Positions 14,601 through 26,141 of a stretch of 64,000 nucleotides of DNA are shown here, piece after piece; the stretch's first letter is position 1, and every line of letters starts with the position of its first letter. Source of the DNA: Takakia lepidozioides (Eukaryota > Plantae > Bryophyta); contig CM060731.1 of assembly GCA_030704615.1 (NCBI GenBank), positions 11,346,001 to 11,410,000 on the forward strand, in the 5' to 3' direction. The notes under the pieces were generated by a model. The model did not search any database. It saw nothing but the letters and a program-made list of their open reading frames with translations, and was not told the DNA's origin. A program made the translations under genes and the position numbers.

Positions 14601-17600
14601 CGATTCTTCCTCAGCAAATCGAAACTCCATCATGCCCATGGATTGAAGTTCTTTAAACACCCAGTCTTGTGGCCCAATACACCGCAACATTTTCAGATAC
14701 TGAAAGAGGAGCCCAACCACCTCCAGCACCTGTGCACGTCAATAATGTTATATTGTGCATTCACAAAATGAAAGAAGGAAACTGGATACCTGACATAAAC
14801 CTAAAGTTTCCGGCATTTGAATCACTGTATATACGAGGGAATTAAAAAAAATCTGTACAACTCTCCAATCTTGCAACGTAAGAAGATTATGGTCCACAAA
14901 GGAAAGCATCTTACATGTTCAAGGCCAGAGTCAGTGAGATGTATGCTAACAGAAAACATGAAACCCGCGCTGCTGTGATCATAGCCCCCCTCTCCCACAC
15001 CAGCTGATAACCCCGTTGCCCACCCTTTCTCCTTCAGCAGCGATAATAAGCTGCCAGCACCCTCTGAGAAATGCCAATGTGTACGTTTTCAAGCAAGTGT
15101 CATTTCTTCAACTGAAGGGCGGAATCTCTACAGGGCTGACATTGTGTCCGTGTGGTTCTCAATTTCAACCACTGTAAATAACCATGCCCTGCGCCTTTGA
15201 AAGACAAAGAGAAACCCACTCCATGCACAAATGAAGGGATGCTATTGACTTACCGTGACCAACAAGGTGAGAGATGTAGTCCTGGGGTTTCTTCAGGTAG
15301 GCACTTTCCAGGCAGGGGAGGGGCCAAGTCATTGCAAGCAAGTGCTGGTCCTTCACAGATTCGATCCTGTACAGGAATCCTGGCTCCCAAACAAGACCCT
15401 CCCAGGGAAATTCTAAGCGGGCTTCACCACCTTCTCGCACTTCGCCAAATAGCTCCACCACCCACTCTTTCAGGGTTTCCAAGGGCTCTGGTGTTGCACA
15501 AAACAGGATTTCAGCTTAGAGATTCCATGAACTGATGATGTCAAAGTTGAATGTTAATCCAACAAAGGACAAGAGTTTGACTATGTCTTGTCTATGGCTG
15601 CCAAACATTGACCTGACAGGTGGCCATAGAATACAAGAGCTTAGAAATTAGCAAAAATTGCACAAAGAACTTAGTTGGACCTTTCACAACCAACATCAAC
15701 ACTCTCATTTAAGATGGGCAACCCCAGATCTGATATACAAGATGCTAGAATCTAGAACCTATGCTTTGGTCTTTCCACCTTGCTAAATACACTTCTTGCC
15801 CTTGTAACTTCTACAATGTTGTTTCAATCCTAAAACAGGCGAGATCTGTTGGTACTCTGATAACAATCTTGGACTGCCCTGCAGGCATGGCTTGGCTCAC
15901 ATACGACAGTTGGAGGGATGGGATGGACAAGTTAGAGCTTACCACCCACCTCCACCAAGAACAGTCAATTTCATACGTCCTGCCAGATAGTGATCTCTGT
16001 AAAGCTGTAGCAGCTTTCCTCTCATATCAATGCCTCTTTCCATGGGCTCCTTCAAACTTTTCCTGTTTCCTGCAATCACAGTAAAATATAAGTAGGGTAA
16101 ACAGTCTGATAAAAGATTGGATAGTTAATTGAAAGTAAACTGCACCTGTATGTCAGGTTTGACCCTTAACCTCTTCATTTGATTGCTCGACATGTGTCCC
16201 AGGGTCATCAGCATCAAACGGGATAAGCTGCTGTGACAGCCTGGTTGATAATCATAACCATAACTCGAAAGAGCAGGCTCAAATACAAGACAAACTCTAA
16301 AATGAAAAGACAAGAGGTTACCCCATGAGAAAGAGTGAAACGGGTGAGATGGATTGGCAGTGTGACACTGCAGTTGCAAAAGGCGGCAGGAGTCACTTTG
16401 CAACACTTGCTCAAACTCTGTTCAAATCACACAACACCCACAAAGATCATGTTACAGAAGCCACAGTAAATTTCTCCCTATCACAAGGTTCTGAGTCATA
16501 ATCATGAATACAGATCTGTGCGGAATCAGTTGCTGACGGAGACACAAATATGAGGGAACATCTTCGAAAGATACATTTTTATACCACGATCAGCAATATA
16601 CCTGAATCGATTGCCTGAACTTCCCGATCCATTGCATCAGCCTTTGCCAGAGGTGAGATGAAAAACTGTGAAAATCTGCGTTCCAGTTCAGTACAAATAG
16701 ACTTCCAGGTAAGCATAAGTCCAGAAGCAGATGATCATCTGCTTCAAGTAACACAGGGATTGAAAGCAGAGAGGAAGCTGACAGCACTACCTGCAGGCTG
16801 CAATATAGGGTGTATGCTATTACACAGTTTGCATTGAATTTTGGAAGACGAGAAAGAAACAAAAAGGAAACAAACAAACAAACAAAAATTACTGACATAC
16901 TCCAGAAATAAGTGACACATGGAGAAAACAGAAATATGAGGAATCGAGCTGGACAACTTGCACAATTGCCACTTCAAAAGGTATGTTGGAAATAATACAC
17001 TACTGAAAGCATCTGGGTCTCCATTTTTGCTACAAAATCAAGGGCACTTAGCACCACAAAAATCATGGGTGCTGAATTGGTGTGTGACCTGTCCAGGGCA
17101 GGTTTCAAAAACCTATGGCTGATGTCAAAGTGGTAGCAGGTGAGCTCTGTGTCGGTGAAGGCGTTGGACCCACCCCCATGTTTAGACAGGAAATCGTCGT
17201 ACTGCAGGATCAGACCAGCCCACACTATGAAATGCATCAGCCCTACTAGCAAAATCGCACACACACACACATTTCAACAGTAGCAGAAAAACCTTGACCC
17301 AAATTTGATATTAGAATAACTCTTACACTGAGGCAGTGGATGAAAGTGAATCACAAGGCACCAAAACCCCAAAGCACCAGACATTTCACCCACTTCCTAT
17401 GCACCATACTTCCTCCCTTCATTATCTCAGCTTGCTGGTGCCACCTCAATTCTAAGATAATCGTCCAGTGGTTTATTATAACTAGGCAGAAGGCCAAGCT
17501 ACTCCTGCTCTAGCCAGTAGACATATCTACATAAAGAACCCTCGTGGTTGAGGAGCTAAAGGAAGGCACCTCATTCTCGTCCGGAAACTTGGAACTACCC

Positions 17601-18059
17601 ATGAACAGCATGTGCTCTGCATTCACAGTCAAATTAACTCCTCAAGCAACATTGACATTGGCTCACTGCCTCAGAATCTGTCCTGACACAGTTGCTAACT
17701 CCTCAGTCCAACAACAAATCCCTTCCAAACACTGCACCTTGTCCCCATCTACCCTCCACCCCCCTGTCTGTCTGTCTGTCTGTCTGTCAGTCTGTCAGTC
17801 TCTGCACTTCCTCTTCAGTTGAGGTTCGGTTTATTTTGATATGGGTTTCTAGTTATTCTACTTTGCTCATTGAGCCTAGGGGCCGCTGACATTATGAAGA
17901 TTCTTTCCTTTTAGCTCTTAAGTATGAGACAGAACATTTCCTTCTCTTGTGCCCTAAAATTCCCATGAATGTAGTGTCTTCTCAGAGATTCCTGGTCATT
18001 GTAAAGACGCCTTCGCCAAATGGTGGCTTTGAAGTGCTTAGCAGCTTACCTGCATGAAG

Positions 18060-18101
<42 letters not shown>

Positions 18102-19736
18102 ATTTGGGGTTTCTTCTATAGGTTCTTTGGGTTCTCTTGTAATACTGTGTCCCAGTAGGCCTGGGCAGCCACCCAAATGATAGATTTCTTGTTCTTGGCT
18201 CACTTTAATGAGACACTGAACTTGAGCATTGACTTGAACCTAGTTTTGTGAATTTATGTATTATTGTCCAGTGGAATACTGACCAAGAAAATGTGCAAGA
18301 CCCTGTGCATCCTCCGGATCCGAGAAGCTTCCAACACCCACAGTCATGGCTGCGGCAGCCTGCATTCAGTTCAGGTCCGTTTCACCAGTCAAATTTTGAC
18401 AGCATCAAGGGATGAGTAATCAAACGGCATTCAGGGCTGTATAACCTCAACATAGAGGTCCCCCCAGCTCATTCCAAATCAAGATTCCTATTAATAGACC
18501 CAACACCAGACCACACCTTCTTAGTCGGTGCCATGCCAGGGCGGTGCATGGCATGTGTCAGACTCTCCTCTCCATCGGTCTCCTCAACATCTTCATCAGC
18601 ATCACCCTCTTCTTCACTGTCATCTCCACTCCCACCTACAACCCAAAACCCAACTCAGAACCAAATTGAAGTAGCAGCCTAAAGCTGGGAAGGAAACTAA
18701 ATCCTAAATGCCAACCACTTGGAAAATCACAGGACAGCTTTGACCTATTATGTAGCATTACAACTAGAGTATGGATGAAACTCAAATGCAATAATGAAAG
18801 CCCAACCCACCTTCGGGGCAGAGTAGCTTTGGTACAGTCAATAACCAATTCAGGCATACCAATTGAGTCCATACACATGTTGAAATTTGTTCATTAGCTT
18901 GTGCAACAAGGTTGGGACGTCAACTTCTTTTGGTGATTACGCTGACTCCACCAAATCAGCTACTGCTTCCATACCAGTCCATCAGCTCTGGAGTGATAAT
19001 TGAGTTCTTTAGTCTCAGATGGTAGGTCTGATCACCGGCGCCATACATGCATGGAAGCTGAGAGCGGGCATGTTCTTGCAAGCTTCCTCGCCACTGTTTT
19101 TAACTGTTCCTCTTCATTCTACCGGAAGAGGAAATGGTGATTCTGTATGCATATTTACGTCATAGTGTCATATCACTGTGCTCAGCAGCTTCCCTTTCTT
19201 GATTAACTTCCCGACAGCTGAAAATGAAAGGTGCGGAGTACTTTATACACGGGTGGTAATGTTCATCCATTCAACTACTGATGCCCAAAAAAATGCTCAA
19301 TCCTGATGCTACTCCACACATGCTCACCATGTCTGCAATTATCATCATGGACGTGGCCGTGAGCTCCATCGCACTCCATGCCATCCTCTTCCTCCTCCTC
19401 CTCCTCCTCTCCCTCGGAACCAGACCCATCCTCTTCATCTCCATCTTCCTCTTCATCTTCATCCGCATCCTCACCACCAGAAGTAGACAACTTGGGCAAA
19501 GACGACATGGCGGGATCATGAATCAACAGGGCAGAGAGGCCGTTTCTCAGCCGCAACACTTCATACAGTCGCTCATCAGAGGGCGCCTTCACCACGGGAG
19601 GCCCCTTCACCACCATCTGCTGCTGCACCCCCATCGTTCTCACAGCCCTGCGAGGCAGAAGCCGACCAGCTCGTTGCGGAATGCAAGCGATCTGCAGCAA
19701 CGGCGACTGTAGCCACAGCAGCCCTGCGCTGGGCAT
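8611..19736 (-). CDS. Nardilysin-like insulinase (peptidase M16A), multi-exon
   Basis: N-terminal VVKAPSDERLYEVLRLRNGLSALLIHDP, then a long acidic tract. Spliced exons give AAAAMTVGVGSFSDPEDAQGLAHFL|EHMLFMGSSKFPDENE (inverted HxxEH zinc motif). Later exons: YDDFLSKHGGGSNAFT, WYKLDQTFNTPRAN, LFGFNEKLPVL, VEALCHGNLLEEEA, FNQLR|TKEQLGYRVDC. Stop at 8611. Start is ATG 19736 or 19634. Confidence 0.93.
11865..12352 (-). mobile_element. Possible solo LTR or TE fragment in a nardilysin intron
   Basis: ~490-bp intronic block. The minus strand begins TGTT and carries a CTATAAAAAGGGGG TATA-like motif typical of LTR U3. No TSD identified. Confidence 0.3.
18062..18097. repeat. (CT)n microsatellite in intron
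   Basis: Visible CT run. Confidence 0.9.
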
Positions 19737-19792
19737 TCTCTCATCTCCTTCAAGCTTCAAACCTCTCTTGTCCCCCTCTTCACTCTATTTTT

Positions 19793-19810
19793 AGGGATGA
19801 CGTCAGCCCT
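19793..19810. promoter_or_regulatory. Palindromic TGACGTCA (C-box/CRE-like bZIP site) upstream of nardilysin
   Basis: agggaTGACGTCAgccct is a near-perfect 18-bp palindrome ~60 bp upstream of ATG 19736. A G-box CACGTG lies near 19913. Confidence 0.35.
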
Positions 19811-20838
19811 TGCATCATCGACGACCAACAATATTTCATCCATTCTACAATCGATGGATGGGCTTTGGGGATGAATAGCCCAATGAACGTGTCTCATCCA
19901 GGAAGATCGGGACACGTGCCGATTACCGGTTCGCCAGGTGGTCCGTGATTGGAGGAGGCCTGGAGTAACGACCTGTCTCTTTGGCCGCGGTTACCCTCCC
20001 GACCTTCTTGCTCTGCAATGCTTGCCCTCTCTCGCTCGGATCTACTGCCAAGCGAAGTGTTTGGGAGCTGGTTTTGGATCTGAAAACGGGAAATTTGTGG
20101 AGCTTAGGAGCATCATATCCAGATCTAGCTTACTTGACGGTCGACGACCTGCCAGATGAGGTGTTTGAGTGTGAGGGCCTGAGCAATATTGATATTCTAT
20201 GTACGAGTCGTGATCTAAGAAGAGGAGGACAAGATACATTGTAAGAGCTCTCTGATCTATCCGTGCTCAAGTTTCGTGATTTCTCCTCCATTTGTTTCTG
20301 GGTTTAGAGAAACTTCAGGTCGTGGCTGTGTGTGTTGCGCACTGGCTTAATATTGATCTGGAGAAAGACACTTCGACTGTCCTTCACTTTCACGTTGCTC
20401 CTCTGAGAGTAGCTGTTAGAAACGTTCTCAATCCCCCTCATTCTGCCTCTGTTCCAGGTTCTAGATATGGGGTATTAATTTCGATTGCACACCTAAACTG
20501 ACGGGCAGAGGCTTCGTCCGCTCTCCGTCGGTTTAGGTGACTACAGTCTCTTTGTGGGACTGCGTTCTCTCTTTTGAACATACAGGTTCTTGGAGAGAGT
20601 ACACTTTCTCTCTCCCTCTCACTAGCCCTCACTCTTTCGAGGCTCTTTCGTTAGGAAGTGGTTTGTCTGCTATCTCCTTATCATAATGTTTTGTTCAGGA
20701 CTTCTACCTGTCTCTTGCTGAAAGTTGTTCTCCTTGTTCCTCGCTTTATAAATTGCTTTCTTCTGGCCTGGCTCTCTCGCTGATCTCTAAGCTTAATCAT
20801 GGGTTAGAGCTGCTTAGGGACGTTCGGAGTGAGGTTCA

Positions 20839-21369
20839 ATGGAGGAAGGGACTGTGAAAATGGAGGAGGGAGGAGTGACAGAGATTTTTGAGGAGAATTT
20901 GTACAGCTACACATATAGCGAGCGTGCTTCTATGATTAAGGAGTTCCATGCGGCGCAGCAGCTTGCTAGGCCGCATAGCGGCGTTACTTGCATGATATGT
21001 AATTTAGTCCTCAATAACAAGCGGAAGTTGAACCGGCACAGGCTAGGAGTCCACGCCAACCTGTTACTAAAACCCTACCCAAGAGAAACTTGCGGACCGC
21101 GGATGAGAACAGTGAACGCAAAGCTAACTCCTGTTCGGAACAGGGCGCTCGGACGCTCCCCGAACCAGCTTTGTGGCTCCACCGTCAGGGATCCTGCTAA
21201 GATGGACTATCAGAGAGAGTGGCAGTCTGCGCATGATGCGCAATTAACTCAGGCTAGAGCTTTGGGGATGGTGGGTTGCAAAATGTTGGAGTACGTCCTG
21301 GAGTATATGAAGAAGTGGGAACTAGCACACTTCCAAGGCGGCACAGCGAGGTTACTGACTTGTGGTTGA
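20839..21369 (+). CDS. Intronless single C2H2 zinc-finger protein (176 aa)
   Basis: CMIC-x12-H-x4-H (CMICNLVLNNKRKLNRHRLGVH). ATG in good context (caATGG), with a TATA-like ctttataaat near 20744. Confidence 0.6.
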   Translation: MEEGTVKMEEGGVTEIFEENLYSYTYSERASMIKEFHAAQQLARPHSGVTCMICNLVLNNKRKLNRHRLGVHANLLLKPYPRETCGPRMRTVNAKLTPVRNRALGRSPNQLCGSTVRDPAKMDYQREWQSAHDAQLTQARALGMVGCKMLEYVLEYMKKWELAHFQGGTARLLTCG

Positions 21370-22512
21370 TCACATCCCAGTCCTCACTTGCTCCATGTCT
21401 TGATTATGAACAATCTTGTATTGTGTCATAGATTTCCCTGTTGCAGTACTATGCACAAATTAATTTTAGCTCTTTTGCCTCCCATTCCTTGCAAGATTAA
21501 AACTTAGTAGACTGTAGAATGTATCGAATGCGATCATGTTTCTGTAGTGTAAACTATCTATAAAATCTCTGTCAGGCCCACACAGTTTACAACTTCAAGC
21601 AGCTGCAAGAAAGGATTGTCTCGTCATCCGTGCCTTCGTTCACAAAGAGCAGTCTGCGAGTCTCTTTGGCTTCATTCACTCCTCATACTTCCGGAATCCC
21701 TACACAAGAATCGTCTGCTTTCAACGAATGAATGTAGCTTCATCTAGCAGTACTTCTTGTACATCCTCTCTGTTTAGGGTTTACCTGGACCAATACATTT
21801 TCGCCTCACAAAATTCAGAGGTTACGTGCTGAGGGTCCACGTCCATCACATGCCTACAAAGGTATATTTATATTAGGCTATATTTTTAAAATTTTACATT
21901 TTTTTTCACCCTATCTTTATCTTTAGGTAATATTATAAAACCCTACACCATATTTTTTTTATAAGTTTCTTTTACAAAAATTAATTAGACCCTATTTTAA
22001 ATTATCTTTTTAAATAATTACAAAATTTCAAAGCATGTACGCAAACAAGTACATTCCATATAGCATAAGTCAAATGCCACACCGAAAAAAAAGTTTAATT
22101 TTCATTAGCCACGAGCTCGCCGCAGCATCACTTGGATCTAAAGAGTACAAGTTTTGAGATGGTTCAAATGCCATAGTCAATGTTGAGATTATGGTATCAA
22201 CATATATCACTAGAATCATATTTGAACTTTAGGTGACCTCTACTTGATTTCATCTTGATGGATTGGAGCTGGATGGAATATGAGAAACTTCACAAGATGG
22301 ATACATTATACTATAGATAAAAACCCTTTATTACATTAACTTTTTAAGTAAAACTCTGGATTTTTTGTGACATTTTTTAATAAAAAACTGGGTGAAAAGA
22401 TATTGCCTTACCATATTTTCTAAGTAAAAATTTTCTAAAATTTATCCCAAAATCAAAATTGCACCCTATATTTTTTCTCACGTGGTTTTGAAAACACCGG
22501 GAGTGACCCCCC

Positions 22513-23345
22513 CAATGTTAGGTAGCGCGTGAGCATGTTCACGTGAGTACAAGGCATATTCTTCGAATTTCCACAAAATTTCCGCGAAATTTTCACAACG
22601 AAACGAACTTGGCGAAACTAAATATTATGCGAAACTAACACATAAAGAACAAGTAGCCCTTATACCTGATGAACATCTTACACTATAGGCGTGGCTTTTT
22701 CTCCATAACAGGCGCGAGAGCGGGGTGAGACTTCACTTCAAATTGCAGGTCCTCGTCCATAGCTAATTTCTCACAGCAAAACTCTATACCAAATAGCCTG
22801 AGAAGAAATCACACTTAAGGATAATTTCGCACTACGAAACTCTCTATCAACTAGCCTGAATTGGATATGGGATTGTTGGGTGATGGGATTTTGTATAGAA
22901 AGTTTTGACTCAAGATAAGGGTTTCTCCATGCGAAACCAACCGCTGCATAGATTTGTGCCCATATCACCAAGTCTTTTTCAAACACCAGTAAGGGTTTCT
23001 CAATGCGAAACCCACCGCTCCATAGGTTTGTGTCCATATCAAAGTCTTTCTCGAATAGTAGTAAGGGTTTCTCAATGCGAAAACCACCGCTGCATAGGTT
23101 TGTGCCCATATCACCAAGCATTTTTCAATGCGAAACTCATCTGTCGCTATAAATTTAGGGTTTCTGGCTGCATTACTGAAGTTTTCGCCTCGCCAAATTG
23201 GTGCAGACGTACCGTATATATGCACCAGTCCTCTATACCCGCTTATGATTTTTTCCGTTTTGAAAACATATAACTCCTATGACCGAGGTTAAGAAAATAT
23301 AAAACTCTCATGACCGTGGGTTGTGCTCACGCGATACCAACCCTG
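22513..23345. mobile_element. Non-autonomous TIR element (hAT-like termini) with an internal tandem repeat
   Basis: Left end caatgttaggtagcgcgtgagca; right end (reverse complement) cagggttggtatcgcgtgagca. No TSD found. Confidence 0.45.
22916..23135. repeat. ~73-bp tandem repeat, ~3 copies
   Basis: Units start at 22916, 22990 and 23062 (taagggtttctc(c/a)atgcgaaa...catag(a/g)tttgtg). Confidence 0.9.
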
Positions 23346-23494
23346 GCGCAAAACAATGAAACATGGGATGTGTGTATGTAACACCATGCGGATGACCCCG
23401 CCCTTGTGAACAATAAGCACGAGGTTTGGTGTTCAAATCTTGTCAGGTTGTACTGCGACAGTAATGTGTGTTATTAAATATATGTTTTGTCGAA

Positions 23495-23680
23495 GGGTCT
23501 GGCAGTTCGCTCGAAGGTTAGAGTCAGTCTAGAGGGTGTGCCTAGTCCGCTAGAAGGTTGGAATCAGTCTGCTCGGTCTATTGGAGGGTGTGCCCAGTCC
23601 GGTTGTCGGTGTGCTGGAGGGTTTGTCAGTCTGCTCGAAAGTTGGAGTCGGTCTCTTGGAGGGTCTAGTCCGCTAGGAGG
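23495..23680. repeat. Degenerate minisatellite
   Basis: Recurrent cagtc(c/t)gct(c/a)gaaggttggag and ggagggtgtgcc motifs. Confidence 0.6.
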
Positions 23681-24119
23681 TATGCCGTGGTAGATGAACA
23701 AGGACTTGGAAAAATTTCCGGATCTGGCCCGGGCGGTGGGCTTATGAGCTCACCCATGGGCCGGACTGGCGGGGCCCATAGGCGCATCAAAGACGCTAAT
23801 ATTAAAAAACGAGAGGCAATGCAGATATTGAAATTATTTTGACAAATCTAGAGAGAGATAACATCAAAATTTGCAAAAAAAACGCAAACTGAAGTGTCAG
23901 CAAAAAAAAAATAGGATAGTAAAGCAGACATGATTGAGAAAAGATGTGGTATTGTCCCAAGTTGGTGAAGCAGTACCCTGGTAATTCCATGGCGAGAAAG
24001 CTTTGTTTTAAAAAAAAATTGCTCTCTCGATAAATTAACTTTGGAAGAGCGAGGTCATGCATTGTATGGACACTCATGTGGCTTAGATCCTATGTTCCTC
24101 AAGTCTTGTTTGCGGGCAT

Positions 24120-24535
24120 GGTTTTTTGTCTACAATACAAAATAATGTCATAATCAATGATGTGTCTACAGTAGAAAGCTTATCTGTAGAATAAGCAAGT
24201 GCAACAACCAAGTATTGCAGAAAGCATGGGAAAATATCATGATCGTCAACATACATTCGTGACATTTCCCATGTCCTCCGTAATGTGTTATTGTCTACAA
24301 CACATAATACTGTCATGATTGTTAACGATTGTGACATTTTCAGTGCCTTTTGTAGCAATGTATGATTGTCTACAACAGAAAAAGCTGCCTATCCAGCAGC
24401 AACCAAGTCTTGTAGTTAATGTCACGATCGTTGACATGGGGATAAATCCTCTTGCTTGCTTTCTGTAGCAATGTGTTGTTGTCTACAGCAGAAAGATTGT
24501 CTATCAATAAGCAAGTGCAGCAACCAAGTCTTCTA
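24120..24535. repeat. Degenerate dispersed/tandem repeat array
   Basis: Recurrent ttgtctaca(a/g)ca, gcaaccaagt and tgtagcaatgt blocks. Confidence 0.6.
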
Positions 24536-26141
24536 GAGGGCCTCTATTTCACGCCTCAATTATCATTATCGCTATTATACTATCGCTATCCTTCGTTAGG
24601 AAGTGGTTGTGGGTTCAATCCACAGATTGGTGTCCACCTTTCCGTTGGATTTTTGTTTCGACGTCCTTTGCCTATGGAATGATTTTTTGGACTTGGAAAA
24701 AACATCTTGAAAAACCCCTGCAAGCATGTGGTTTCATTCTTCATATCGTTTCCTATAGAGCCACTGAAATTTCCATTAACACCCAACATGCAACTTTACT
24801 GCCAATTTGGGAAATACTACTTGTGAGGGCGCCACCGCGCTCAGAGGGAGGGGAGATTACAAACAGTTCGCTAATTCCAGGAAACAGTTTTGACTCTCGA
24901 AGTAACTGTGATTGAAATAGTTTGCTGTTCAATCTGCAGTACTGGAGCCAACGAATTTGGAGGTCACTAAAGATTACAGGTAGGTGATTGCGATGGAATC
25001 CGATCAGAGCCTCTTTCATCAGTCGATGCCAGTAAGGTTTCTGCATCTCTCTGGAAGTCTGTCTATAGGATTGTGTTGTGGCCCCCACCGCATCAATTGC
25101 GATGAAAGATTCGGGGTTATATGCTGATGGTTTCCTCAGGCCTTGCTTGTGAGCAAGACTTGCGAAACCAATTTCAAATCCCATTCAGCTTTGCCACTGC
25201 CGAGATTCCGGACCAACCGTAACGTTGAATCCCTTTTGTTACTCTCTTCCAAGGAGAGGTTGACTAGCAATGAGGGCGAAACTGGGGAAAAGCATTCGCA
25301 CCCACTTCGTCACAGCCAGCATTAGCTGAAGATTAGGACTTGGCGGTAAGCCAATTTCTAGGGAATGTCATCGTACAAAGATCTTAAATCCAGTTGGGCG
25401 CCAAGCACTACCTCCGCACTTAACACCGAACTTTGTAACTGATGTTGATGATGACTGACGATGACTGGATATCAGTGGGCATGGCCTAAGCCAATTCTCG
25501 ACATAGAACATATCCTTAGAGGCGGGTTATTCTTCCTGAAAGTCACCTATTTGATACAGATTTGACCATCTGTTAAAGATTACGAGCTCCTGAATCCTGA
25601 GCTGGAAATTCCATGTACGACTCAAATAGGATCATCTTGTGGAAGTGGAGACCTCCTTTAATTTGCTCACACACACACTTCAATTGTTGGTGTTCATGAG
25701 TATGTCTGCACCCTCGGTGGGGAACCATGAAATCAGTGTGGAGTTATAGCAGCTGTCACTGTTTGACAAGATTAGGTTGATCTGTCTCATACTCTTCTTT
25801 AACTCTTGAAGTTGTGAAACATGCCTTTTTAATTGTTTGTTCTTCAGTGTAACTTTCCTTGATGTTTTGTTCTGGCACCTTTTAAAAAAACTTTGAAAAC
25901 TCTTCTTTGCCTTGGATGTGCCTATGAACCTCTCAAATGTGACTACAGGCCCTCATAGCTGAAGGGTTCTTCCAGTGATAGAGAGAGCTGCCCAAGCCTT
26001 TTGCCATTTCCAAAATCGACAATGAACAAGAGGGGGTTCTTCATATTGATCATATCGTCCCCTGAACTAAACTCTTAAAGAGAAAAGGGAACAGAGAGTG
26101 AGAGAATGTTCAGTGCACTGTTGGTTTATCTGAAATGACAG

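Noticed and set aside
22916-23135. CRISPR-like array
   Set aside because: Whole units are repeated with no unique spacers, and the context is eukaryotic with no cas genes.
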